NCBI GenBank assembly: GCA_944384465.1
Contig: CALWTK010000002.1
Span: forward strand, 28,257 to 92,256
DNA from: an uncultured Clostridia bacterium
Lineage (GTDB): Bacteria > Bacillota > Clostridia > Christensenellales > UBA1242
Length of the DNA: 64,000 nt
Reading direction: 5' to 3'
Positions 50,233 to 60,492 of this stretch are shown here, piece after piece. The notes beneath the pieces were generated by a model, which was not told the origin of the DNA, ran no database searches, and saw nothing but the letters and a program-made list of their open reading frames with translations. The first letter of the stretch is position 1, and every line of letters starts with the position of its first letter. The translations under genes were made by a program, and so were the position numbers.

Positions 50233-50370
50233 AATCATTTTTAGTTAGACAGACAAATATTTTTTAATATATAATATAAATATAAGATATATTATTTATT
50301 TTAGTATAATTAAATTAGTTGCTATTTTTTTTCAAATTAAGTAATATTGATTGTATATTAGGAGTTTTTT

Positions 50371-50937
50371 ATGAATGAATTAGTTGAAGTCAGTTTGATG
50401 GAATATGAAGAAAATTTATCAAAGTCATTTGATAGACTTCTTGATGAATATATGATAATTAGAGTGGGGAGAGCGAACCCAAAATTGATTGAAAATATCA
50501 AGGTGGATTATTATGGAACTAAAACACCCATTTATCAAACATCCAATGTAACAGTTCAAGATGCTCGAATGTTGATTGTGTCTCCTTGGGACGTCTCTAC
50601 ATTAAAATCTATCAAAGCTGGTATTGAAGCAGCCAATCTTGGCGTTTCAGTCAGCGATGATGGGAAAATTATTCGGGTTAACTTCCCAATGTTAACTGAA
50701 GAGAGACGAAAAGAATTTTCGAAAGAAGCAAAAAAGTTGTTGGAAGAAGCAAAGATCGCCATGCGAAATGCTCGACGTGACTGCTTGGATGTGTTCAAAG
50801 AGATGAAGAAGAATTCTGAAATCAGCGAAGATGAATATGCCACTTTAGAAAAAGATGTCCAAAAGACTTTGGACAATTACACAGACAAAGCGGACAATGC
50901 TTGCGAAAAGAAAATCAAAGAGATTATGGAAGTGTAG
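50371..50937 (+). CDS. frr: ribosome recycling factor
   Basis: IRVGRANPKLIENIKVDYYG..LTEERRKE..RNARRD. Confidence 0.95.
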   Translation: MNELVEVSLMEYEENLSKSFDRLLDEYMIIRVGRANPKLIENIKVDYYGTKTPIYQTSNVTVQDARMLIVSPWDVSTLKSIKAGIEAANLGVSVSDDGKIIRVNFPMLTEERRKEFSKEAKKLLEEAKIAMRNARRDCLDVFKEMKKNSEISEDEYATLEKDVQKTLDNYTDKADNACEKKIKEIMEV

Positions 50938-50938
50938 A

Positions 50939-51658
50939 ATGAATTTGGAGAAAATAATCAATAATCCCAAGATGCCTAAGCATATTGCTTTTATCATTGA
51001 CGGCAATGGTAGATGGGCAAAGAAAAGGGGATTGCCTAGAAGCTTAGGCCATAAGGCTGGCTTTGATAACCTTAAAAAACAGACTGAATTTGTCCAAGAA
51101 TTGGGTATCAAAACATTGTCAATGTACTGCTTTTCAAAAGAGAATTGGAATAGACCAAAGCAAGAAGTCGACTATTTGATGCAACTTTTTGACCAAATGC
51201 TGGATGAATATAAAAAAGATTATTTAGCTAAAGACGTGAAAATTGTCATATCTGGCGACATGGAAGATGAACGAATTCCTTCATCTGTTCGTCAAAAAGC
51301 AAAAGAATTGATGGCACTCACAAAAGATAGGCAAGGTTTCGTTATCAACGCGTGTATAAATTATGGCGGAAGGCAGGAAATTATCAAAGCGGTCAACGAA
51401 ATCATTGATGAAGGGTTAAAAAATATCGATGACCGCATATTTGAACAACATCTATATACAAAAGATTTGTTGCCACTAGATTTTATTATTCGCACTTCTG
51501 GGGAACAGCGTACCAGCAATTTCTTACCATGGCAGGCGACATACAGCGAATGGCATTTCCCTAAGACATATTGGCCTAGTTTTTCTAAAAAAGATTTAAT
51601 AAAAGCATTGAAAATTTATATGAAAAGAAATAGACGTTTTGGTGCTATTAAAGGATAA
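50939..51658 (+). CDS. uppS: isoprenyl transferase (undecaprenyl diphosphate synthase)
   Basis: ORF 50855.. trimmed to ATG 50939. Motifs [28 protein letters not shown]. Confidence 0.93.
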   Translation: MNLEKIINNPKMPKHIAFIIDGNGRWAKKRGLPRSLGHKAGFDNLKKQTEFVQELGIKTLSMYCFSKENWNRPKQEVDYLMQLFDQMLDEYKKDYLAKDVKIVISGDMEDERIPSSVRQKAKELMALTKDRQGFVINACINYGGRQEIIKAVNEIIDEGLKNIDDRIFEQHLYTKDLLPLDFIIRTSGEQRTSNFLPWQATYSEWHFPKTYWPSFSKKDLIKALKIYMKRNRRFGAIKG

Positions 51659-51659
51659 T

Positions 51660-52556
51660 ATGAAACAAAGATTTATTACAAGTATTTTCATAGTTTTGGC
51701 AGTGGTGCTCGTCGTGGCAAGCAAATTTTTGCCGTATCAAATTGGCGACTATATATTTGATATTTTCATTGTGTGTATCAGCATCGTTGCTGCTTTCGAA
51801 ATGTGCAATATAATGGAAAAGGGCGGACGAAAATTAAACAAATATCTGGCGTCAATGTATCCTATTTTCAACTATATCATATTTTTATCTTGTAATAAAC
51901 TTACAGAAATTTACTACGTACTTTTGATTCAAATTGCATCCTTAGTCGTATATTTTTTAATAATCCTTACAACAGAAGCAATTAGGAACAAAACATCGTT
52001 TTCATTGACTCTTAAATCCGCTTTGAATAGCCTTCTAGTTTGTCTGTATCCTAGTTTCTTCTTCTGCCTATTCTTGAATATCAATCATCTTGACCATTAT
52101 GCAGGAATATCTGGATTTTCAATCGTCTTTATAATTATGGTATTTGCAATAACCATGTTGAGCGACACCTTTGCATACCTTGTGGGGCGCACATTTAAAG
52201 GCCCAAAATTGGCACCAAAAATTAGCCCAAACAAGACAATCAGTGGGGCAATAGGCGGACTCTTGGGTGGAATTGCTGGAGCTATGTTAGTATACGCTTT
52301 GGTATACAACATTTCATCTTGGTCGACTATGCTTAGTATGTACAATCTCACGTGGTGGTATTTCTTGATTATAGGTCTAGTTGGCTCACTTGTCAGCCAA
52401 TGTGGTGACCTGCTAGAGAGCAAAATCAAGCGTAGCGCTGATGTAAAAGATAGTGGGAATATTCTGCCTGGGCATGGTGGAATGTTGGATAGAATTGATG
52501 CTATGATATTTTGCGTCACATTTATTTTCATAGTCAATTTAATTATTGTTATGTAA
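51660..52556 (+). CDS. cdsA: phosphatidate cytidylyltransferase
   Basis: [28 protein letters not shown] signature; multi-TM. Confidence 0.93.
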   Translation: MKQRFITSIFIVLAVVLVVASKFLPYQIGDYIFDIFIVCISIVAAFEMCNIMEKGGRKLNKYLASMYPIFNYIIFLSCNKLTEIYYVLLIQIASLVVYFLIILTTEAIRNKTSFSLTLKSALNSLLVCLYPSFFFCLFLNINHLDHYAGISGFSIVFIIMVFAITMLSDTFAYLVGRTFKGPKLAPKISPNKTISGAIGGLLGGIAGAMLVYALVYNISSWSTMLSMYNLTWWYFLIIGLVGSLVSQCGDLLESKIKRSADVKDSGNILPGHGGMLDRIDAMIFCVTFIFIVNLIIVM

Positions 52557-52649
52557 CCTTGATACTTATAACAATTTTTTATATGTCTATAATTATTAAA
52601 ACTCAAGAATAAATTCAATTTTTCAAAAATATTAATATGTAAGGATAGC

Positions 52650-53819
52650 ATGTCTAATTTACTAAGTGTTTCAACCGTTTTCACATATATTGGTTACATT
52701 ATTGTAGCCATTATTGTTTTATTATTGATGGTTTTGATTCACGAATTAGGGCATTATACCGCTGGGAAAATTCTAAAGTTTAAAATAAACGAATTTAGTG
52801 TTGGTTTTGGTCCAAAAATTTTACAAAGAACAAAGAAAAACGGTGAAAAAATCACATTACGTGCGTTCCCTCTGGGCGGTTATTGTGCTTTTGAAGGTGA
52901 AGATGAAGAGAACAAGGACAATCTAGAAGCTTTCAACAATCAAAAGCCGTGGAAACGCTTGATAGTTCTATTTTGTGGCGCATTTTTCAATTTTTTGAGC
53001 GCAATAATCTTTTCATTTATCCTTTTGATCTCTTGCGGGTATGACCTTGTGCAAGTTGACAAAATTAGTGAGTCATCTATCAACTATGGATGCTTGCAGA
53101 CAAACGATGTGATATATGGCATTGACGGGAAAGAGATCAATTTCGTGCATGATGATTATCTAAATAACTTAATTACCGAAACTTTGAATGAAAAATATTC
53201 TAAATACACCGGTGAAAATCTTGAAGATGAATATTCGTTCCCAAGAGACGGCGAGACGTATTATATGGATACATGTTCAATCACATTTAATGTCCGAAGG
53301 GACGGTGACGAGATTGTAGTTGATGGGTATATAAATGTAGTATACGATACAAGTGGCAATTATTCAGGATGGTCGCTACTGACGAGCGAAAATGTAAATG
53401 CTGATGAATTTGAAATATCCAATTACGAATATTCATTTTGGGAAAGTCTAGGGCAAGCGGTACCTTTTACTTGCAAATGGGCTTGGAAAATATTGATAAT
53501 ATTTGGGCAACTGCTTACTGGGCAACTATCTATCACTTCTTTAGGTGGACCGGTCACTACAATAAATATGATAGCTTCATATACGCAGATGAATTTTAGT
53601 TATCTACTATTGTTGTTGCCTTTGATCGCTGTCAACTTAGCTGTCTTCAATCTATTGCCAATACCTGCATTGGACGGCTTCCAGATGATATTTGTTCTGA
53701 TTGAATGGATTAGAAGAAAGCCGGTCAAGCGAACAGTCGTCAATGCTGTGAACAATATTGGACTCATTGTCTTATTGGGTTTTGTCATTGTTGTAGATAT
53801 ACTGCAATTTGTTTTATAA
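52650..53819 (+). CDS. rseP: RIP metalloprotease RseP/RasP (M50)
   Basis: HELGH, a central PDZ-like segment, and NLLPIPALDG. Confidence 0.9.
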   Translation: MSNLLSVSTVFTYIGYIIVAIIVLLLMVLIHELGHYTAGKILKFKINEFSVGFGPKILQRTKKNGEKITLRAFPLGGYCAFEGEDEENKDNLEAFNNQKPWKRLIVLFCGAFFNFLSAIIFSFILLISCGYDLVQVDKISESSINYGCLQTNDVIYGIDGKEINFVHDDYLNNLITETLNEKYSKYTGENLEDEYSFPRDGETYYMDTCSITFNVRRDGDEIVVDGYINVVYDTSGNYSGWSLLTSENVNADEFEISNYEYSFWESLGQAVPFTCKWAWKILIIFGQLLTGQLSITSLGGPVTTINMIASYTQMNFSYLLLLLPLIAVNLAVFNLLPIPALDGFQMIFVLIEWIRRKPVKRTVVNAVNNIGLIVLLGFVIVVDILQFVL

Positions 53820-53857
53820 AGTCGAAAGTGTGCGCGTTGACACTTTCGACTTTTTTT
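53820..53857 (+). terminator. strong intrinsic terminator after rseP
   Basis: AGTCGAAAGTGT-gcgcgttg-ACACTTTCGACT 12-bp perfect stem followed by TTTTTTT. Confidence 0.85.
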
Positions 53858-53873
53858 GATATAATATAAAATT
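53858..53873 (+). promoter_or_regulatory. extended -10 promoter placed for a leaderless transcript of the PolC-like gene
   Basis: TGATATAAT with TATAAT at 53860..53865. Only 8 nt (ATAAAATT) separate it from ATG 53874, and no SD is present. Confidence 0.4.
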
Positions 53874-55394
53874 ATGGAAAACAAATTAGATATATTAGAT
53901 AGAATTTTCGATGGTTTGAAGTTTAAAGACGCGCTATATAAGGAAAAAAATAACACTTGTGTTATGAATTTTTTGTACAATCCAGAGACATTCAAACCGA
54001 CTGATGAGAACAAAAAAATCCTTATAGAAAAATGCCAGGATATAATAGGTGATTATGTTAAGTACGATATCAATTTAATAAGTTGCCCGTTGGACAAAAG
54101 AGCAATAGCTAATCACACATACACTACAATTATAAATTATTTTCCAGCTATATCCAAGAATTTCACTTTTGATGACGTATCTGTAGACATTGACAATATG
54201 AATGTGAATATCTCACTAAGGCTCACGCCGAGCGCGTACGAATATGCAAAAGGGTTAAATAGAGAAGATTTGATCGCACAAAAATTGCAGGAAAGTTTTT
54301 TGGCTGATTTTCATGTGACCTTTGTTAGAAAAGATGATGAAGTGATGGTAGAAAGTTATATTGAAAAGAATATGGAACTCATGGCATCCATCAAAGAAGC
54401 GGAAGAAAAGACAGTGTATGAACTCTCTGAAATAGCAGACATTATTGGGAAAAATGATTATAGTTTAGCGATTGATTTTAGCAAAGTGAATTCACCTATC
54501 GAAAACGTTGTCGTGTGCGGTGAAGTGACTTCAATACAGCGAAAGTCATACAAAAGAGAATATTCTAGGAATGGAGAAAAGAAAGAGATAGAAAAAGCGT
54601 TTTATAATTTTGCGATCAGAAATGAAAACAAAGTTTTGTATTGCAGCATTTTCCCTAAACAATCTGATGAAGCTAAAGGCGATTTGATTGAAGTCGGTAT
54701 GCATGTGTGTTGCTATGGGTCATTTAGAGAATTCAATGGGAAATTGAATTTCACAGCGCAAACTGTCGCTCGATGCGTATACAAAAGAGAAGAGATAAAA
54801 TCTGGTTTTAAGCATGTAAATGAAGAATATCATACTGTGTTTCCAAAAAAGTATGTGGATTATGAGCAGGCAGATTTGTTTGATCTGGAAGAAAAAACTT
54901 TTGACGGAACATATGTGGTATTCGACTTGGAAACTACAGGACTGGAGCCAACAAAAGACGAAATCATTGAAATTGGCGCATGCAAAATTATCAACGGAAA
55001 GATAGAAGAAGTCTTTTCTACCTTTGTGAAACCTTCGCGCCATATTCCAAAAGAGATAACAGAACTCACCGGCATTGATGACAGCATGGTAGAAAATGCA
55101 CCTACAATCAATTATGTTTTGCCGGATTTTTATAAGTTTTGTTATAATGCAACCCTTGTCGCACACAATATTTCTTTTGACATCTCTTTTATACATAATA
55201 TCGCTAAAAAACTTGCATACAACTTCGATAATCCACTGATGGATACTATCGAGATGGCGAGGAAAAAACTCCCTGGGCTCAAAAATTATAAATTAGGGAC
55301 CATTGTAGATAAATTGAATATTGTGTTAGATAACGCACATAGGGCAATCAATGACGCTACGGCGACTGCAAAAGTTTTTATAAAATTAATGTAA
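53874..55394 (+). CDS. PolC-like N-terminal domain + OB fold + DEDDh 3'-5' exonuclease, with no PHP or polymerase core
   Basis: Exonuclease motifs YVVFDLETTGL (ExoI), LVAHNISFDISFI (ExoII) and HRAINDATATAKVF (ExoIII, DEDDh). Upstream, VVVCGEVTSIQRKSYK..FYNFAIRNENKVLYCSIFPK..VGMHVCCYGSF resembles the PolC OB domain. The protein stops directly after ExoIII, 95 nt before rimP. Confidence 0.7.
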   Translation: MENKLDILDRIFDGLKFKDALYKEKNNTCVMNFLYNPETFKPTDENKKILIEKCQDIIGDYVKYDINLISCPLDKRAIANHTYTTIINYFPAISKNFTFDDVSVDIDNMNVNISLRLTPSAYEYAKGLNREDLIAQKLQESFLADFHVTFVRKDDEVMVESYIEKNMELMASIKEAEEKTVYELSEIADIIGKNDYSLAIDFSKVNSPIENVVVCGEVTSIQRKSYKREYSRNGEKKEIEKAFYNFAIRNENKVLYCSIFPKQSDEAKGDLIEVGMHVCCYGSFREFNGKLNFTAQTVARCVYKREEIKSGFKHVNEEYHTVFPKKYVDYEQADLFDLEEKTFDGTYVVFDLETTGLEPTKDEIIEIGACKIINGKIEEVFSTFVKPSRHIPKEITELTGIDDSMVENAPTINYVLPDFYKFCYNATLVAHNISFDISFIHNIAKKLAYNFDNPLMDTIEMARKKLPGLKNYKLGTIVDKLNIVLDNAHRAINDATATAKVFIKLM

Positions 55395-55400
55395 AATCTA

Positions 55401-55429
55401 TTGATTTTCAAATTTTGGTATGTTATAAT
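55401..55429 (+). promoter_or_regulatory. rimP-nusA-infB operon promoter
   Basis: TTGATT(55401..55406)-17 nt-TATAAT(55424..55429), TGT-extended. Confidence 0.6.
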
Positions 55430-55441
55430 GTTTTTGACGAC

Positions 55442-55466
55442 TAGGAGTGGATTTGTGCCACTCCTA
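55442..55466 (+). promoter_or_regulatory. leader hairpin of the nusA operon
   Basis: TAGGAGTGG-atttgtg-CCACTCCTA 9-bp perfect GC-rich stem in the 5' UTR. No T-run follows it. Confidence 0.55.
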
Positions 55467-55489
55467 AATTAATTTAAATAGGAGTTATC

Positions 55490-55942
55490 ATGAAAGTTGC
55501 AAATTTGGTTTATGATACTATTAAACCGCTATTCAAAAAGGACATAAAATTATTAGAAGTAGAATATGTCAAAAAGAACGACGGAATGCATCTCGTTGTA
55601 TACATTGATAAGGAAAATGGGGTGACAATTGATGATTGCGTTTATGTCAATGACCTTATTAGTGACACGTTGGACGAATTAAATCCGACCAATGATGAAA
55701 AATATGTGCTAGACGTTTCCTCATACGGGTTAGATAGGCCTCTAAAATATGATTGGCAGTTCAAAAAATATCAAAATCAAAATGTAAACGTTAAATTATA
55801 TAAAAAACTTGACGGCAAAAAAGAGTTCGTCGCCACACTTCTTGGCAAAGATGATAACAATTATTATTTTAATCTAAATGATGAAAATATCACAATAAGT
55901 ATTGCTGATGTAGCGTATGTTACACCATATATTGAATTTTAA
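55490..55942 (+). CDS. rimP: ribosome maturation factor RimP
   Basis: Conserved position upstream of nusA; LEVEYVKKNDGMHLVVYIDKENGVTIDDC. Confidence 0.9.
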   Translation: MKVANLVYDTIKPLFKKDIKLLEVEYVKKNDGMHLVVYIDKENGVTIDDCVYVNDLISDTLDELNPTNDEKYVLDVSSYGLDRPLKYDWQFKKYQNQNVNVKLYKKLDGKKEFVATLLGKDDNNYYFNLNDENITISIADVAYVTPYIEF

Positions 55943-55956
55943 AAGGGAGAAACAAG

Positions 55957-57084
55957 ATGATTAACAAAGATTTTTTTGAAGCATTAAAAGATTTAGAAGC
56001 AGAAAAAGGTATAAAACAAGATGTATTTATCACTGCATTGGAGCAAGCACTCACCGCTGCTTACAAGAAAAATAGCGGTATGGCTAAAAATGCACAAGTA
56101 AAACTAATACCAGAAAAAAATACAATCAAAATTTATTCATATAGAACAGTTGTTGACAATGTCGAAGATGAAGAAAAAGAGATCAGTCTAGAAGACGCAA
56201 AACAAATTAAACACTCATACAAAATTGGTGATTTAGTCATGCAGGAAGAGAGCACGAAAGACTTCAACAGAATTGCCGTTCAGACTGCGAAACAAGTAAT
56301 CACTCAAAAGATAAAAGAGATTGAAAAACAGTCAATATACAAGGACATTGCTGAAAAAGAAGGTAAATTGATTGTCGCTAATGTGAAGAGAATAGATATT
56401 GACAATGTTTATCTCGAAATTGGCGGTACAACATTGGAAGGTCTCTTAACTAAAAAAGATATGTTACCAAATGACAATTTTAAGCCTGGTGACAAAGTGA
56501 AAGTCTATGTTAGACATATAAAGGACGACTTCAAGGGTACAGTGGTTCAAGTGACTAGAACTCATCCTAATTTCGTGAAATTGCTTCTAGAAATGGAGGT
56601 CCCTGAACTAAATAATGGCGAAGTAACTATTGTTGGACTAGTGAGAGAAGCAGGACTTAGGACAAAGATTGCAGTGACCACCACAGTCCCTAACCTCGAC
56701 CCGGTAGGAGCCTGCATCGGGAACAAAGGTTCACGTATCAATGCGGTAATTAATGAATTAAATGGCGAAAAAATAGATATCATTAATTATAGCGAAAATC
56801 CAGCTGATTATATTGTCGCTGCATTGAGCCCGGCAGAAGTCAGTGAAATAACTGTTGACACAGCCGCCGGAATTGCTAATGTTTTGGTACCAGAAAATAA
56901 GTTATCACTAGCCATAGGTAAAGGTGGGCACAATGTGCGTCTAGCTGCAAAATTGACAGGATATAAAATTGATGTGAAGCCTACGACTCAAACTTCAGTT
57001 AGCACAAAATCAAATGATGTGGTAAGTATAGGCAATGCCAACATCATTATCGATGATGATTTCTTCAGTGACATCGATGAGTAG
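55957..57084 (+). CDS. nusA: transcription termination/antitermination factor NusA
   Basis: N-terminal domain, S1 domain and two KH domains (GACIGNKGSRI, LAIGKGGHNVRLA). Confidence 0.96.
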   Translation: MINKDFFEALKDLEAEKGIKQDVFITALEQALTAAYKKNSGMAKNAQVKLIPEKNTIKIYSYRTVVDNVEDEEKEISLEDAKQIKHSYKIGDLVMQEESTKDFNRIAVQTAKQVITQKIKEIEKQSIYKDIAEKEGKLIVANVKRIDIDNVYLEIGGTTLEGLLTKKDMLPNDNFKPGDKVKVYVRHIKDDFKGTVVQVTRTHPNFVKLLLEMEVPELNNGEVTIVGLVREAGLRTKIAVTTTVPNLDPVGACIGNKGSRINAVINELNGEKIDIINYSENPADYIVAALSPAEVSEITVDTAAGIANVLVPENKLSLAIGKGGHNVRLAAKLTGYKIDVKPTTQTSVSTKSNDVVSIGNANIIIDDDFFSDIDE

Positions 57085-57092
57085 GAGACTGT

Positions 57093-57350
57093 ATGCACAT
57101 AAAAAATGAAAGAAGATGTGTGGCATGCAGAGAAAACAAGCAACAAAACGATATGCTTCGTATAGCAAAAATCAATGACGAATTTTATATTGACCAAAAA
57201 TACAAATTGGGCGGACGTGGAGCATATATTTGTAAAGAAAAAAAATGTATTGATTTATGTATAAAAAAACGACTGCTCAATCGAGCGTTTAGAACAAATG
57301 TCTCTCAATCAATATATGATAAAATAGGAGAATATGAGAAAGATAATTAG
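57093..57350 (+). CDS. ylxR: YlxR family RNA-binding protein (DUF448)
   Basis: RRCVACRE..GRGAYIC. Confidence 0.88.
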   Translation: MHIKNERRCVACRENKQQNDMLRIAKINDEFYIDQKYKLGGRGAYICKEKKCIDLCIKKRLLNRAFRTNVSQSIYDKIGEYEKDN

Positions 57351-57633
57351 TTATATAGGTTTTGCTAATAAATCTAATAACATCCTAGTGGGGCAAACTC
57401 ATTTAAAACATTTCAAAGGAAAGTTGTATCTAATTTTGGTTTGCTCGTCTGCCAGTGAAAACTTGATTAATTTAGCAAAAAATTTAGCGATCAAGCATTC
57501 ATGCGAATATATTGTCACGGCGCCGAAATTAGAAATGCTGACAAATATTAAAGATGTGAAAATTATTGGTCTTACGGACGAAAATTTAAGCAAAGCGATT
57601 ATTAATAATAAGGAGAGTATAAATATTGGCTAA
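57334..57633 (+). CDS. ylxQ: L7Ae/L30e-family protein YlxQ
   Basis: Conserved position between ylxR and infB; about 100 aa. Confidence 0.75.
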   Translation: MRKIISYIGFANKSNNILVGQTHLKHFKGKLYLILVCSSASENLINLAKNLAIKHSCEYIVTAPKLEMLTNIKDVKIIGLTDENLSKAIINNKESINIG

Positions 57634-60115
57634 CGAAAACAGAAATCAAGAATTTAATAAATCAATAAAACAACTTCAATCTATGGTGAATGACAAGATG
57701 ATCATAAGTCTTGCTGAAAAATTCTATAATTTGAAAGTTGAAATGAGCAATTTGACGAGGAACATCAAAGATAAAGAGTCCAAATTACTACTAGAAGAAT
57801 CAAAAACTTTGCTAGCAAAGCAGGAAGAGCAGAAGGAGACTACTCCTGCTAATATTTCAGTTTCTACTGAAGAGAAGAAAGATGTATCTCAACCCACGAT
57901 TAAGAAAGAGATTGAAGAAAGACCAACTATGCCTTCCTCAAAGCCACAGTCTCCAAATTATAATCGCAACAATGCTTACAATAACAATTACAATAAAAAT
58001 AATTTTTCTAATCAAAGGAAACCTTTTAATAGTCGCACTCCAAATCAAAATACTCAAAGACCATTCAACAATAAGCCAAATAGTCCGAACAATCGAAATT
58101 TTCAAAAATCTCCGTTCAACAAAGACAACAAGCGTCCAGCCATAAATTATGCTCAACCAATCATTACTGCTAGTCCAGCTAGGTCATTTACGAACAAGAA
58201 AAAGGATACAGAGCGACATGAAGAGAAACGTCAATACACAAAGCGTGATTTAATCAAGCGCGGTATGATTGATGAGGAGAATATTGAAGACAGAATGGTC
58301 AATCGTAGAATTCGACCAAAGAAAAAGGAGACTCCAGTTCATGTTGCAGAAAAACCACAGGGACCAGCAATTATCACGACTGACAATATTACGGTGAAGT
58401 TATTGTCAGAAGCTAGCGGTAGACCAGTAAGTGAAATCATCAAGAAATTCATGGAACTAGGCATGATGGTCACGATCAATTCAACGGTAGATTTTGCTAC
58501 AGCGGAACTAGTTTTGTCTGATTTGGGGATTGAATTAGTACAAAAACTAGATAAGACCAGCGAAGAGAAGCTGAAAGATGTTCAAAAGAATATTCGCTCA
58601 TATGATGACAAAGATGCAGTGCCACGTCCGCCTATTGTCACAGTTATGGGGCACGTTGACCATGGTAAAACGAGTCTACTAGACTATATCAGAAAGACAA
58701 AAGTGACCTTGGACGAAGCGGGTGGAATCACTCAAGCAATCGGCGCCTACAAAGTGAATGTAAATGGCAAATATATCACCTTTATAGACACTCCTGGGCA
58801 CGAAGCGTTCACAGCAATGCGAGCAAGGGGAGCATCTGTGACGGATATAGCAATCTTGATCGTCGCTGCAGATGACGGTATCATGCCACAGACTGTGGAA
58901 GCTATCAATCATATAAAATCAGCAAATATCCCTATGATAGTAGCAATCAACAAGATGGATAAACCTCAAGCTGACCCAGATAGAGTGATGCAACAATTGG
59001 CAGAGCACAATGTCCTTCCTGAAGCGTGGGGCGGTGATGCTATAATCTGTAAAATATCAGCGCATACTGGAGAAGGTATTGACAAGCTGTTGGAAACTAT
59101 ATTGCTTGTAGCAGACATGCAGGACTTAAAAGCAAATCCTAATGTGCCTGCAATAGGCACCATCCTTGAATCTAGATTAGACAAGGGTAAAGGGGCGATA
59201 GCATCATTGATTGTGTTGGACGGCTCGTTGCATATTGGCGACACCATAGTCTCTGGAACTAGTATTTGTAAAGTAAAAGCGATGATGGATGAGAACAACA
59301 AAGTCGTCAAAGTGGCAACCCCTAGCATGCCAGTGACTGTATTAGGCTTTAACGAAGTCCCTAGCGCTGGGGAATCATTCACAGTCGTGGATGAAAAACT
59401 TTCAAAACAGATTGTAGAAGAAAGAAAAGCAAAATTAAAAGAAGACCTGATCAAACACAGTGGCGGAAATACGCTTGAAGATTTAATCCAGAAGACCAGT
59501 GAAAAAGATGTGAAAATCTTAAATATTATCCTTAAAACAGATGTACATGGTTCACTAGAAGCTATCAAGTCATCTATAATGAAACTTGTAAATGATGAAG
59601 TGAAAATCAACATATTGCACAGCGGAGTCGGTGCTGTCAGCGAGAGTGATTTGATCTTAGCTAACGCTTCCAATGCGATGGTCATCGCCTTCAATGTGGG
59701 GCAAGATAGCAAAGTGAAGACACTCGCTGAAAGGATGAAAATAAAGATTTATTCATACAAGATTATTTACGAGCTGCTTGATGAACTTGAAAGGGTCATC
59801 AAGGGCATGAAAGAACCTAAATATGAAGAAGTCTACCTTGGAAGAGCGGAAGTCATCGCTGTATTCAAATTGTCAAATACCGGGATTGTTGCTGGTTGTA
59901 TGGTTCGTGATGGTAAAATTATTAGGGGCGAACATGCAAGAATATATCGTGGTGATGAAGTCATAGCTGACACTGAGATCAAGTCTTTAAAGATTGTCAA
60001 AGACGATGTGAAAGAAGCGGGTAAAGATAGAGAATGTGGTATCAAGACTAATTATGATGACGTCATGGTTGGCGACAGGATAGAATGTTATTCACTTAAA
60101 AGGATTGATGAATAA
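57626..60115 (+). CDS. infB: translation initiation factor IF-2
   Basis: TTG start 8 nt after AAGGAGAG. Motifs [17 protein letters not shown] and NKMD. The N-terminal linker is N/P/Q-rich. Confidence 0.96.
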   Translation: MANENRNQEFNKSIKQLQSMVNDKMIISLAEKFYNLKVEMSNLTRNIKDKESKLLLEESKTLLAKQEEQKETTPANISVSTEEKKDVSQPTIKKEIEERPTMPSSKPQSPNYNRNNAYNNNYNKNNFSNQRKPFNSRTPNQNTQRPFNNKPNSPNNRNFQKSPFNKDNKRPAINYAQPIITASPARSFTNKKKDTERHEEKRQYTKRDLIKRGMIDEENIEDRMVNRRIRPKKKETPVHVAEKPQGPAIITTDNITVKLLSEASGRPVSEIIKKFMELGMMVTINSTVDFATAELVLSDLGIELVQKLDKTSEEKLKDVQKNIRSYDDKDAVPRPPIVTVMGHVDHGKTSLLDYIRKTKVTLDEAGGITQAIGAYKVNVNGKYITFIDTPGHEAFTAMRARGASVTDIAILIVAADDGIMPQTVEAINHIKSANIPMIVAINKMDKPQADPDRVMQQLAEHNVLPEAWGGDAIICKISAHTGEGIDKLLETILLVADMQDLKANPNVPAIGTILESRLDKGKGAIASLIVLDGSLHIGDTIVSGTSICKVKAMMDENNKVVKVATPSMPVTVLGFNEVPSAGESFTVVDEKLSKQIVEERKAKLKEDLIKHSGGNTLEDLIQKTSEKDVKILNIILKTDVHGSLEAIKSSIMKLVNDEVKINILHSGVGAVSESDLILANASNAMVIAFNVGQDSKVKTLAERMKIKIYSYKIIYELLDELERVIKGMKEPKYEEVYLGRAEVIAVFKLSNTGIVAGCMVRDGKIIRGEHARIYRGDEVIADTEIKSLKIVKDDVKEAGKDRECGIKTNYDDVMVGDRIECYSLKRIDE

Positions 60116-60492
60116 TGAAAAATGTTAGAATAGAAAGGATAAATAGTGAAATTCAAAAAACTATATCATATATCATTGACAACAAAATCAGAGATCCTCA
60201 AATTGACTCAATAATTAGTGTAAGTAAAGTAGATACTACACCAGATTTAGCATATTGTCGCGTTTATATCACTTCGTATGGGAAAACTCCAAACGAAGAA
60301 ATTGTCGCTAGACTCAAAGGTGCAGCAGGCTTTATTCGTGGCGAATTGTCAAAAGCTATCAAATTGAGAATTACTCCTAGATTGGAATTCATGTGCGATG
60401 ATAGCGTAGAATATTCAAATAGGATAGAAAACATTTTGAAAAATATCACCTATTCTACAGAACCGGATGGAGACACGGATGGCCAAAAATAA
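60115..60492 (+). CDS. rbfA: ribosome-binding factor A
   Basis: RIERINSEIQKTISYII..VSKVDTTPDLAYCRVY. Confidence 0.93.
   Translation: MKNVRIERINSEIQKTISYIIDNKIRDPQIDSIISVSKVDTTPDLAYCRVYITSYGKTPNEEIVARLKGAAGFIRGELSKAIKLRITPRLEFMCDDSVEYSNRIENILKNITYSTEPDGDTDGQK

Noticed and set aside
57908-58151. Repetitive-looking N/P/Q-rich stretch in infB, with two extra track ORFs (57882..58145 + and 57938..58156 -). A similar N/Y-rich stretch lies in pcrA at about 18820..18930.
   Set aside because: These are in-frame low-complexity linkers of the host proteins. There is no unit-length DNA repeat, so they are not CRISPR or tandem-repeat arrays. The extra ORFs exist only because the region lacks stops.
58966-59712. 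Long antisense ORFs inside core genes: 248 aa in infB, plus 52097..52684 in cdsA, 20378..20905 in ligA, 25102..25614 in ftsY, 26621..27124 in ffh, 31471..31986 in rbgA, 54720..55196 in the PolC-like gene, 60415..60816 in truB, 34641..35051 over rplS, and others
   Set aside because: All lie fully inside well-supported sense genes. They have S/I/F/L-rich low-complexity translations typical of the antisense frame of AT-rich coding DNA, and they have no RBS or promoter context.
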